DNA of 62,926 nt, filler included, from Reticulomyxa filosa (lineage: Eukaryota; Protista; Foraminifera): assembly GCA_000512085.1 (NCBI GenBank). It is 7 parts of 7 records of this genome, joined end to end, with 100 filler letters (N's around TTAATTAATTAA, not from the genome) between each part and the next. Parts side by side here need not be neighbours in the genome. Positions count along the whole stretch, not along the records: positions 28,896 to 44,830 come from ASPP01021901.1; positions 44,931 to 48,433 come from ASPP01015324.1; positions 48,534 to 50,790 come from ASPP01026802.1; positions 50,891 to 55,776 come from ASPP01023937.1; 3 more parts are not named here. One strand, written 5' to 3'. Below, one piece after another: positions 39,042 to 50,931 of this stretch (its first letter is position 1; the number at the start of each line of letters is the position of its first letter). The position numbers and the translations under genes are program-made. The notes below the pieces were generated by a model that was not told the DNA's origin, searched no databases, and saw only the letters and a program-made list of their open reading frames with translations.

Positions 39042-42000
39042 TTAGCGAATGGATTTAGTTGTAGGGGCATCTGCTTCTTCAACAAATTTTATTCCTGATT
39101 TTGGGCTTGATGGAGCAGCTCCAACAGCTTCAAGTTCTGTTTGTGGATTTTCCTCTGTATTCACAACTGTTGACAATGGAGCTTTATCCTCTTTGTCACC
39201 CAAGCATTTTTGAACCTATTGATCCGAAGTAAAAAAAAAAACAATTAGTAATAATAAAGTTTGTTTTTGGTAGAAATGGCCCACAAAATGAAAAAAAAAA
39301 CTTACCTCAGCAGCCACAAAGACGATAATCACAAGGACCACCCATGCAGCATGAGCATACAATAATTTGATATCAACATTGAATAAACGCATTCCCAAAA
39401 ATACATTCAACAGTCCTAAAGTCACGCAAACGAATCCTCCCATAAACGTGTGATAAATTTTCCACAATGTGTAAATAATTCGTTTGGTATCCATATCGTT
39501 GGCTGGTGGTGCTGGGCGTAACAAACCATTGATTGGTTGTTGAAATCCTGCAAAGGTGATGATAATTCCCAAGATTTTGTGAAGGTTGTTGAAATGTTTG
39601 TTGTGGTAATGTTCCGTGTAATATATTGCCAGCGCAAATCCCGCCAATCCACACAATAGCTTTTTTTGTTGTTGTTATTGGAAATGTGTTTTATATCTTA
39701 TTTTTAGATTATTTTTTTTTAAAAAAAAAGAAATGGCTCAGTGTTGTTTTAAAACTCCAATTCCACCAAAGATGCGATGCAATAAAAACCATATTCCAGC
39801 TTCCTGGTCGTCGAAGAGATAGCGATTTCTCGCCAAAAAGACTGAAATGACTCCAAAGAATGACCAGGCAAGCCACATGAGAATAGCGTGAATATATATG
39901 ATAATTCGGTCTCGTTTGGTTGGAGTTGGTGTTGGATTAAAGCCAAGCACAATGGTGTCACTTACGCCGTCATGAACAGCCAACTGCATTGACGATCCCC
40001 AAGCAATTCGAAAAGTGATCGATTGAGTAGACAAATCCCAGTTGGTCTCTGTCAAATATTGCCAGTATTTTACAGTCACTTGGTTGTTTACTGTTGTGGT
40101 ACTGCTTTCATACCAATTGCGTGTCGCTTCGTAAACTACTCCTTGAGGTCTATAAATATGATAATAATATAAATATGTTGTTATTCTTATTACTATATTA
40201 TCAAATGTTCTACTTCCCTCGTTTTTTTCTTTTTTAAAAAAAAAAGATTTAACTCATAATATATAAGATTGTAGAAATAGAGTCCAGCATGTCTAGTCTC
40301 GTCTTCTTTTCCTGTGGTGTAAACCAGGGAATCCCCTTGCATGAGGGTGTTGAAGACAATTCCACACCATTTGTTTTGCGGACAGGTCATAGAAATTTCA
40401 ACAGTTTCATTCAAGCAAGAAAACGTGAAACCAATGACAAATTTTCCAGCAGCAGTGGAGATCGTTGTGCTTCCACCAAACGTATTGTTCTTATGTCCTG
40501 AATCTGAAGGGCAAAGGGTCTTGGCCCATGAAGAGGTCACATCGACAGGAGAAGGCCAGTACAAAGTGCTGCTTGGCGAAGGTACAAAGCGCAAAAAGGT
40601 GCTATTTCCAAAATTGTTGACGTTGATACTTTCCAGCGCATCTCCTGGGTTTCCGAAAGCATAGGTAACATAGACTCCAGTATCATTCACCGTAAATTTG
40701 TGATCGCCATAGACATCTTGTGTATCCATATCACGGATGTAATTGATTGATCTCACTCCACCGACAGCGGCGTAAGATATGTGTTTTAAATCTTGACTTG
40801 AGTCTAATGAAACATCTGAGTAATTGTAACCACTTCACAAAACACACAACACAACAAATGTAACATAAATTCGCGCACAAGCATAAAGTATGACAAAAAT
40901 CGAGCAACAAATTTACCTGACATAATAATCGGCTATTATTGATGATGTAGTGTCATATATATGTGCATCTCCTCCATCCGTTACCGATCTTGCAAATACA
41001 TAGCCAAACCAGGTATTGTCCACAACTGTCAACATCGAAAGCAAAAAAATTAATCAATCTAAATATACATAAACATATATGTAATGTATATATGTATATA
41101 TAAAAAGAAAAACTGCGCACATGACGTTTGGAAGCGAGCAACGGTTGTATTGAGACCGACAGTCAATTTAAATGGAACTGAGTTATGCGTAGCCAACACT
41201 CGAGAGCAAATGTGTGGATATGGAACACCAGGACAATTTTGATTTGGTGGAAATAGATCTGCTTCGGCATATGCAATTAACCCAATGACCAAATCGGATT
41301 GCACCTTTTTCAAACTGGCTTGGAAGTAGTAATAGAAACTCTTCAAATCCGAGTTGACCGCACTCAGTAAATCCCATCGTTCATCTTCACCGTAATTACT
41401 CCATGGCATACGCAATTGGAAGGTGATATTGACCATATTGCTCGAAAGTGCTTTTGTGCTGGGGGCTGAACAGGCGTGGGATACTAAACAATTTTTTTCA
41501 AACAGTTTCAAATTGGTGTGTAATCTTGATGCAATGACGTTTCTCCATATTTGAGCTATGGTTGTGTTCAATTGAACCAAATGTTGGCAATCCAATGCAC
41601 CCGAAAGCAAGAATCCAACCAATTGATGGAAAACTCTGGCATCCGTGGGCGCCGCGGTCGGAGGAACGGTAGGCGCAGAGGTAGGTGGTTGTGAAGGTAT
41701 TCGTGAGGGAGCGGCTGTCGGCGGCTGGGAGGGGTTTCGAGTAGGGTGTCGTGTTGGATGGCGTGTAGGATGTCTCGTCGGATGTCTGGTCGGAGCTCTG
41801 GATGGCGTTCGGGATGGAGATCTGGTAGGAGCAGCCGTAGGTGAGCTCGTTAACACATCGTAATAAAATATGGATGTTCCATGAGCAGTGGTGTTGGCCG
41901 GAATACCGAACGAATTACCAGTACCATACCAATAGGCATATGGCAAGGCATGTTGCACTTCCCATCTTGTCGTGTCCCAATACTGGAATATCTTTTCCAA

Positions 42001-44722
42001 ATACATGTATCCTGTACATCTCACTCGGATCGTACCAGGTGAGCTCGGCACATTGTTACGATGATACGAGTTGTTGAATTTGGCTGAAAAATCGAAATTG
42101 GACTGTATGTTGTTGATGAAGCTACGACAATCCACCGTGTATGTCTGGCAACGGTCGTTTGTACTGTCAATTCCCACCACTACGGTTGTACCATCATCAA
42201 ATGGATTGCTGTCGTGGAAATAGTTGCCCCACAATACGAACATGTTATCTGGTTTGGTCACGTCAATACTGTAAATACCTTTAAATGGATTGTACGAATA
42301 CGATAGCTGTATTTGCCCATTTGCAACATAGTCTGTCGATCGCATAATATCTATTTTCAAAGAACAATGTATATATTATATACGTGTATGTATGTATCAT
42401 TGCGTGTAAATTAATTTTTCTTCCCTTCTCTGTTTTTGTGTTTTATGCTTAACAGTTTCCGGTCAAATTGAAATGTTTGCAAGTGCCTTGGCCCCTTTGA
42501 AAGAAAGAATAGCTTCTCTTGGTGTCATCATTACGAGAGAATTCACACAGATAATGACCGGTCACAAAGAATGTGAAATTCAGCTGGTAGTCGGTGGAAT
42601 CGTCTGTAATCAAGTCTCTTGTAAATACAACGTGGGTGGTCGAATTCAGTTGCGTGTCATTGTACCATCGGATATTGCGAATATTTTGAGGATAATTTTT
42701 TGACAATCGGTATCTTGCCGAGTTGACAGAAGCACTTGAGTTGTATTGCACAACTGTTTCCCATATTTGGCTTTCCCATGGGCCTACCAAATAGCCCTTT
42801 TGCTGATTTAAGTAGGTGAAAAACGCATCCGGAGATGACAGTGAATGCGAGAATGTGCTGTTGAATACCATTACCCACGCGTATTCCGTCGGCCCATAGA
42901 AATGAATATCAGCATAAGACTTGGAGTTATCCGGGTCCGAATAGATGAACATTGAGCCGCCCATCGGTGCATTGAGTCCAGTTGAGGATGCTGGAAATGA
43001 AATTGACTGATAGTATCGTACTTTGTTTGTATTTTGTTGTGGAGTGTTTGTTTTACGTCTAAGATCCAAGTTACCAAATCAAACCTTTTTTTTCCTCAGA
43101 AATTGATTGGGACAAAAATTATTTTTAAAATATATATACATAAATATGACAAGATTTAATTGGTTGAGACAAATCTCTTACATGCTGGTGGTGTTGGCTG
43201 TGGAGTGGGAGGCACTGTTGGATGCCTTGTGGGATGTTTTGTGGGCTGTTTTGTGGGATGGCGGGTCGGGGCTCGACTTGGCGAAAAAGTGGGAGCCTCG
43301 GTGGAGGCCAGTAAGGTTTGTTGGTAATACCAGTCATGAGTATCTGGAAATGAGGTTGTTCTATCTTGACAATATGCCATGAATGTCAATGTCAGTGGTC
43401 GACACACGGTAAATTCTTTTGGATTGAAATGGTCTGTTCCATTTATAGTAAATATTAGTACATAGGTTTTATTCAATGAATACGTACGTAGAGCAAGGGG
43501 AAAGGGAGCGTCAATTCAAAATTAGTATTTTTTTTTTTCTTCATATACTGAAATATTTCCTCATAATTTCCATATATTTCTCTCTCTCTCTCTTCTTTGG
43601 TTTAGGGAATATAAGGTACTTAACATCCACAACTGGTAAGACCTCGCTCAACCAAGGATAATCGATAACCATTCACAGTTTCATCTTGTAATACTGTAAA
43701 CTGTGCCGCTTGATCATCGTAGACCATACTGCAATTTTTATGGCCACGAGAGTAGGTGCACCAATGTCCATCAAAAGGAATAGTCATTGCTGTAAGCCCG
43801 GGTGATACCGAATTATTCGCGCTATAGTAAGTTGTAACAAAGCGGGTTCTCTTCTTGTTGTATTTACTCAATGTGCCATATGTAGGCGATATAGCAACGT
43901 CCAAAAAACCAAGAGCATGATAGCGCTTGTAGTTGCCCTTCATTTCAATCAACGCATGTTGCGCCGTTTCATTTATCGTCACACTCCCGTTCAAATAACT
44001 GTAAGTGCTACTACAAGTTGAGGATGCGGCTCCCCATTGAAACGTATGTTGTAGCACGTCTGTTTCAGCCACACAAATACATAACCCCTTCACGACACGT
44101 ATACACATGTGTACCCTTTTCTCTTTCCCCCCCCCCCCTTCTGTCGTATCTCTTTTACACTTTCAACAACTCTACAAACTGTTTGTTTTGTCGATACCAA
44201 AAAAACATCTCAAAAAAAAAAAAAAAGGAAAGTACTATCTCTTGTTTGTAATTAGAGAATCCGTACATTCGCCTTACAATTTACTTTCACACGAAACATC
44301 AGTATAAATAGCAGACTTTGTGAAAAAGTGGAGAGGGGAAAAAAAAAAAAAAGTGCATAAGCGAAAATAAAAACCCAAAGTTACAGCAAAAAAGTTAATA
44401 ATATGAACAAAGAGATACACAAACACATTAACGATTGTTGTTGTCTTGAACAGCTTGATTGTATGGGTACACATACGATCGGTCGCTGAAGTGAGTGCAT
44501 TCCAAGCTCATCGTGTCACCAAGTACCAGCGTCAGCAGAAATGGAGTGCAAGTCTTCAGATCTGACTTCGAAATTTGAAAGTCGTTGTTGTCTCCAGTGT
44601 TCATCGCTCGTCTCACGACTAACTTACGTCGACCATTTGCGACCTCGTTGCTCAGCACTTCCAAGTTTTGTGTCGTTTGAACTGTATAATAGTTGCTTGG
44701 TTGACTGGCTTCACAACTCTGT
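39042..44722 (-). CDS. Very large multi-DOMON plus cytochrome b561 (ferric-chelate-reductase-like) membrane protein; 5' end lost in gap
   Basis: C-terminal b561 with four His (IHAILMWLAW, WFLLHR, LHKILG, WKIYHTFMG). The adjacent DOMON has KWCGIVFNTLMQGDSLVY...IAWG...AVHDG. Several upstream DOMON-like modules are separated by PTRHP/PTAAP linkers. Stop TAA at 39042-39044. Confidence 0.82.
41640..41845 (-). repeat. Coding PTxx tetrapeptide repeat (PTRH/PTAA) linker
   Basis: SPTAAPTRSPSRTPSRAPTRHPTRHPTRHPTRHPTRNPSQPPTAAP in ORF 41059-42360; a similar linker lies at about 43185-43305. Confidence 0.85.
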
Positions 44723-44830
44723 TTGATTTTTTTTTTAAGTGGGGAGAGGAAAATTGATAAAAGAATTTTTTTTTTTTAGGATTAATAAAAAAAAAAAAAA
44801 AAAAGAAAAAAAAGAAAAAAAAAAAAAAAA

Positions 44831-44930
44831 NNNNNNNNNNNNNNNNNNNNNNNNNNNNNNNNNNNNNNNNNNNNTTAATTAATTAANNNNNNNNNNNNNN
44901 NNNNNNNNNNNNNNNNNNNNNNNNNNNNNN
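44831..44930. other. Assembly spacer with six-frame stop linker
   Basis: N-run containing TTAATTAATTAA. Confidence 0.98.
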
Positions 44931-45020
44931 CGAAATGTGACGAATGAAAAAGGACAGAAGAAAATAATACAAATGAAACACAAAAAAAAAAAAAATAAAA
45001 AATAAAGGAAAACTGATAAG

Positions 45021-47100
45021 TTATTGGGACATGACACCAGAAATGTGTGAATACAACAAAATCCCTGTAAACCCTTGGCAACCATCACCCGACAACCCTT
45101 ATTTCAGTAGTGCGGCGGCGGCTGCAGCAAATGCAGCAGCGGCAGCCGTGACAAATCCTCACAACAAAGATTTGTATAAAAACCCAATTAACGCGAGCAA
45201 TATGACAGTGATTGCTCAACGCATGAGTGGCGCCCATGCTGGCATTCTGCAAAACTCATTGATTTCGTCCTCAGGCACGTCTGCAGATAGTACGAACTCG
45301 GCCAACACGAGCAGGGAACATGGTCGCTCTCACAGTCGCAGTGATAGTCGTAGCAACAGTCGTGGTCGAAGTCGAAGCAACAAACGTTCTTCAAAGAAAT
45401 CTCGCCATCATGAATCTTCCAACAATAACAAATCGATAATCGAGCCAATCACCGAACCGGGATTAGCATTGACTGCCAGAGGCGCTAATCCATTGGCCGT
45501 CGCAGCCGCTGTTGCAACTGCTACGACCAATCCTTTGATTATGGCACTAAACAATCCTTTATTGAAAAAAGTCGGACAACCCAATATTCCTATTGGAAAT
45601 GCTTCCAGTACTGGGATATCTTCTTTTTCCTCTTCTTCTTCTTCTTCTTCTTCTTCTTCTTCCTCGAATAGTGGCAATGTCGATGGCATACCCAAATTGG
45701 TACCCACTGCACCATTGCTCGCTGTCAATCCTTTGGCGGCCTTATTGTCCAAAATGAAAGAGGCCACACAAGCAAACAAAGGAGCGACGGCGGGGGCTGG
45801 AGCTTCTACGAGTAGTGACCCGTCTGCTCAAGCGAATGACAACGCCATGGGAAGGGACGAACAAGACCTCGCCGATGCCATGCAACAAAGCAACTATCTA
45901 CACGCTTCGCGAGCATCCAAACGCATTTATGTTGGAAGCTTACCTCACAACGCAGATGAAGAATCCATTCGACAATTTTTTAACAATGCGATGATTGTTG
46001 CTCAAGGAAAAGAAAGAGAACCAGGAGATTCCGTTACCAATGTATATTTGAATACGCAAAAAAGGTATTTTTTTTTTAAAAAAAAAAAAAAAAAAGATAA
46101 CACAATACACATATATGCTACTTTTTTCTTTTATTTGTGAAAAAGATTTGCGTTCATTGAGTTTCGAAGTGCTGAAGAAGCAACCCAAGCAATGGACTTA
46201 GATGGCATTCAGTTTTATGGAGAGTCATTGAAGATCGGACGCCCAGCTAACTATAATCCTTCTTTGGTACCTGACGAACTAAAACCAAAGAATGTTGCCA
46301 AACTGAATACTGCACGGCTGGGTATTGTAAGTAACCATGTTCCAAATGGTCCAAATAAATTATATTGTGGAGGAATTCCCTACTCGTTGACCGAAGACCA
46401 AGTGCGTGAGTTATTGCAAACATATGGACCTCTGAAGGCTCTCTTCCTAGCCAAAGATCCTGTCACTGGATTTTCAAAAGGCTATTGTTTTTTTCAATAC
46501 GAAGATTCCAGCGTGACCGATGAAGCCATTGCCGGGCTGAATGGAATCAAAATTGGAGATCGTCAATTAGCTGTAAGAAGACACACTCCCGCATCGGGAT
46601 CAGGAATGCAAAATAATGCCACTTACAGTCCATTCAACCAAATGTTCGGAGACAACCCGCTAGAAGGATTGTTGAGTGGCACAAATAATCCATTTGGAAC
46701 TACTTGGGGAGGCAGTACCAACATGGCAATGGAGGCGGACATGTCAAAAAATATGAACAGCAATTCACAAATCGATTCCAATGTAACTAATGTGCTATGC
46801 TTGTTGGAAATGGTCACTGAAGAAAATTTGGTTGATGATAGGGATTTTGCTGATTTGTATGAAGATGTCAAAGAAGAGTGTAGCAAATACGGTGAAGTAC
46901 TGAGCATGGAAATACCGAGGCCCTCAAAAGATAGTGATAGTACGGATAAATCACCAGGCGTGGGGAAAATATTTGTTGAGTATCATACCCTCCAAGAAGC
47001 AATGCACGCCAAAAGCAAATTAGAAGGGAGAACCTTTGACGATAGAATCGTCACTGCTACATTCTATCCGGTAGCACAATACAAATCAAAAAAATTTTAA
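45021..47100 (+). CDS. U2AF2: Splicing factor U2AF large subunit (U2AF65); 5' exon(s) lost in gap
   Basis: ULM-like YWDMTP right after an acceptor at about 45020; RRM1 KRIYVGSLP...KR/FAFIEFRS...AMDLDGI...LKIGRPANY; RRM2 NKLYCGGIP...TGFSKGYCF; UHM VLCLLEMV...EDVKEECSKYG...IPRP...GVGKIFVEY...GRTFDDR; intron 46065-46145. Confidence 0.95.
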
Positions 47101-47531
47101 AAGTATCATTGTCTTTTTTTCCCCCCCCTCCCCCCTCTGTTTCTCTTCGTTACAAAAGTGTTTCGAATAATTTTTCCATCATACAGGATATCTCCTTTTT
47201 ACTTTTGTTGTGACAATAAATTCGGACTTGATGCTATTATTGTTTTTTTTTATTATTTTACTTTTTTTTTTTTTCTTCCCCTTTGTGCGTTTACGAATAA
47301 TTTTTGAAAATGCACAAATTGGATCATCAAACAAGGCGTCTTTTCAAAGCTCTGTCAGAAAAAAATTGTCTTTTTGCAACATAGAACAAGATAAAAAACA
47401 AAAAACCCAGAAAAACATAAATGGGAAAAATTTTCTCCCACGGCAAGAAAAGAAAATCTTCTGAACAAAATTAAAAATCGTACAAACATGTCTCTCACTC
47501 TCAAAATAATAAAGATCTTTTGTTGGCTTGT

Positions 47532-48392
47532 CTATTCGTCTCCACTGACCTCAATACTCCAAACATTTTCTAATATTTCTTTTGCTGCCTGTAGTCATTG
47601 TTTAAAAGATTTTTTTTTTCAATATAAAACAAAAATATACAAATGTAGGAAATGAATATGAACCTCGGCAATTGAGCGTGGAGGGTCAGTGAATATTTGT
47701 CTATCGTTAATCACTGCCCTAAAAACATCGTGACAGCGCATTTCAGCTAATCTAGAAACATGAACCTCTTCAATATCATCAATTTCTTCTTGCATATGTT
47801 CGTCATAGCTTAATTTTCGGCCCACATATAAAACAATGTGGATCAAGTGTTTCATTTTGATTTTAGTTTTCAAACGGGTTTCATGAGATTTGTCAGTCTT
47901 TTCCTCTTGTTCTTGTAGATTGGGCATGACCTCAGCATTACGATTGTTATTGTGATGTAATTTTTTCTTGGTAGCATTTTGTTGTTGATATGAAATAGCC
48001 CTTTGCAAAATTCGAATAAAATTCATCGTCTTATTAATTTTGACATCCAACGTGCGAGACACGTTACTGTTAATGACATTGAGAACATTTTCAATTCCAT
48101 AAAAATCGGTCAACGTGGAAGCAAGGTCAGAATCCTTCGGAGTGGCATTTTTCATTTGGCGATGCCATAGCTCAACATCGATGAGAGTTTGGCAGAAGGA
48201 CTGCACAAACACACAAAAAAAAGCCTTTAATTTAGAGTCGCTCATGATTAATTGTAAATCCACCATTTCGTCCAAGCGATTTGTGTACGCTTCAATATCA
48301 ATTTCCCTTAACTGTGATTGAAGTGTAGTTAACTGTCGTTGAATCTTTGTTGCGTGGTGTCTTCTTTCTCGTTCAATTTCCGTCGCATTGGC
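47532..48392 (-). CDS. 3' part of an unknown helical/coiled-coil protein
   Basis: Open frame from an acceptor near 48392 (ANATEIERERRHHATKIQRQLTTLQ...) through ORF 47619-48275, an intron, and a last exon AAKEILENVWSIEVSGDE*. No family recognised. Confidence 0.65.
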
Positions 48393-48433
48393 CTATTTGT
48401 CAATGCGGTCATACATTTTGTAAAGAGAGAGAG

Positions 48434-48533
48434 NNNNNNNNNNNNNNNNNNNNNNNNNNNNNNNNNNNNNNNNNNNNTTAATTAATTAANNNNNNNNNNN
48501 NNNNNNNNNNNNNNNNNNNNNNNNNNNNNNNNN
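48434..48533. other. Assembly spacer with six-frame stop linker
   Basis: N-run containing TTAATTAATTAA. Confidence 0.98.
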
Positions 48534-48577
<44 letters not shown>

Positions 48578-48636
48578 GAGGATATTATAGTGTGTTCAGT
48601 GCACTATAGTTTGAATTTTTTTTTTTTTTTTTTTTA

Positions 48637-49946
48637 CCAATAAGCAAAGAATTGGACAAAGTGCCAACAGCGGCCACGTAGCTAATGAAAAATCCTACTT
48701 TCCAAGCGGCAGCTGCATCGCATCTTTGAGCACCAGTGGGAACATGGAGCGCCACAGCGACGTTCCAAAAGTGGACAACAACGCAAACATCATGATTTGT
48801 CTCAATGGACTCCGGTTTGCTAATGAAACAATATCCCTGACATGTTCTCCAAAAAACTGGGATACGTATGATCGTTGTAGTGGACGGACTCCATCTTTTT
48901 TGTTGTCCATTTTGAACGTTTTAGAGCCAAACGTGTTCGACTCCGTTCCAGGAGAGGACGCCCTACCGCTGTTACTATTACTGCTACCATTGCTATGAGC
49001 GCTACAATCACTCGAAGAGGATTGGATATTGGGCAAGCATGACGCATTCATCAACACACAAAAAATGGAAATCAAACAAGAGATTAAAGCATCGCCACGG
49101 ACACTATAGTGTTTGGCTAGTAAGCCCCCCAAAGCACTTCCAGCAACCATACCACTGCCATATGATAAAAACAACCTCCCCATTGCTTGTTCACGTTCTT
49201 GCGTAGCACATAAATGTGTAATGCACGCTTGTGATGTTTGCATCGCCTTGGTTTATTTTTTTTATTTTTTTAAGTAAAAAAAAAAAAAAAAAAATTATTC
49301 GTCCATATAAATATATATATGTATACATATATGTATACGTATATACAACTATAACACACACACACACACACACAAACACTTGTTGAAAAATGGTAAAAAT
49401 GCGAGATAAAAACAGCCACGTCAAGTTGTTCGCGATTGCCAAACTAAGATAGGACAGAGCCGATCCAATGTGACAAATCAATAGGCTCTGCCTTGCACCG
49501 TACGTATCCGTATATTTCCCCATTATTGGACCTCCTATTAACAGTAACAGAGATACTACTCCATTCAACTGTCCAAATATCGTTGCGTCCGCTCCCAAAT
49601 CTTCTGTCAAAAATGCTAGCACCTTTTTTTTTTTGTCCATTTTTTTTTGTTGTTGTTGGTTTGGAGTATTAAAAAAAGTTTCTTTTTTGCAGACCTAAAC
49701 TGATTGTTGCATCCAAAAAGCAAGTGCGTAAAGGAATACATTAAAATGTATTAACAAGGCAGACTTCACGTGAGCAGGGGATTTTGCATGTGTCCACTGC
49801 TCCAAATACGTAGACAGGGCCCTTTTTTTTAAGTTGACGGGCATCTCACCCGCTTCCTGGGAAGAACACGCTGAGATAGATAGATTACCACTTTCTGGAT
49901 CCAGAGAAAAAAAAATATTTTCCTGAGAATTCAAAAAATCTGACAT
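48637..49946 (-). CDS. SLC22A18/TetA-like MFS transporter; 3' end lost in gap
   Basis: FNVFLYALAFWMQQS/VLAFLTEDLGAD..IFGQL, MFS motif A GGPIMGKYTDTYGAR, LFLSR, QACITH...REQAMGRLFLSYGSGMVAGSALGG. Confidence 0.85.
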
Positions 49947-50267
49947 GAGAAAGTAATACAAGACATAGTTGAACTTTTTTAATGAAAATCAAATCAAGTG
50001 CTGCCCCCTTCAGACTTTCTTTTCTGTTATGAAGACAATTAACAAACTAAGATGTGAAAATAAAACTATAGATGCCACTCGATATCCAATCTAGCAGATT
50101 ACGAGGGAACTCGAAGTTTCCTTGATTATAGTTTAATTCTTAAAATAACATGTATGTTGTTTTTAGAATTGGAGTGTCAAGGTAGTAGAGCGCTTTTGCA
50201 TTTTTTTTTGTGATTGACAAAGACCAAGTGTGCGTTTTTTGACTCCATCTCATACTGATAAGGGATC

Positions 50268-50391
50268 ATGTCAACCAATAACAAACCAAAAGCCGGTAGC
50301 TTTGTGCGAGGGACCATGGGTGATGTTGGTGAGATTATCGACGTGAAAAAGCGTCGCATGGTAGTAAAATATGAAAACGGTTCTTATGCAT
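50268..50391 (+). CDS. Candidate first exon of a small protein with SH3/KOW/Tudor-like beta pattern
   Basis: ATG...MSTNNKPKAGSFVRGTMGDVGEIIDVKKRRMVVKYENGSYAW ends at a GTATGG donor; GC content is higher than the flanks; the downstream exon is unresolved. Confidence 0.35.
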
Positions 50392-50674
50392 GGTATGGTT
50401 TTTCAAATTGCAGATTATAGTAAAACTTTCAACTGACGAGGCTTGTAAAAAAAATAAAATTTTTGTATCAAAGTCGGAGTGAGAAAAAATGTAGAGTGAT
50501 AAGGATAAAAAAAAGAATATTGGCTCTGATTTCAACAGAAGCAAGTTGAAGTGAAGAAACTTGCTGATGATATTAAAAAAAACCATTGAATCTTCGTCAT
50601 TGCAACAAAAGTAAAAACTGCAGGTAGAGAGGATCATTGCATGTAGCTGGTGTTTGTTTATATTGCAATATATA

Positions 50675-50790
50675 CAGTAGATTGCAAAAAAAACTGACAT
50701 ACCTAAATGGCACTATACAAAGAGAATCGATTTTCTCCATGAAAAATAAAGATTTAAACCTAATTTTTTTTTTAAAAAATATATACTAAT
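50675..50790 (+). mobile_element. Putative Tc1/mariner-like terminus, copy 2
   Basis: TA|CAGTAGATTGCAAAAAAAACTGACATACCTAAA...GATTTTCTCCATGAAAAAT...ACCTAATTTTT is colinear with 28671-28780 and ends at a gap. Confidence 0.6.
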
Positions 50791-50890
50791 NNNNNNNNNN
50801 NNNNNNNNNNNNNNNNNNNNNNNNNNNNNNNNNNTTAATTAATTAANNNNNNNNNNNNNNNNNNNNNNNNNNNNNNNNNNNNNNNNNNNN
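50791..50890. other. Assembly spacer with six-frame stop linker
   Basis: N-run containing TTAATTAATTAA. Confidence 0.98.
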
Positions 50891-50930
<40 letters not shown>

Positions 50931-50931
50931 G

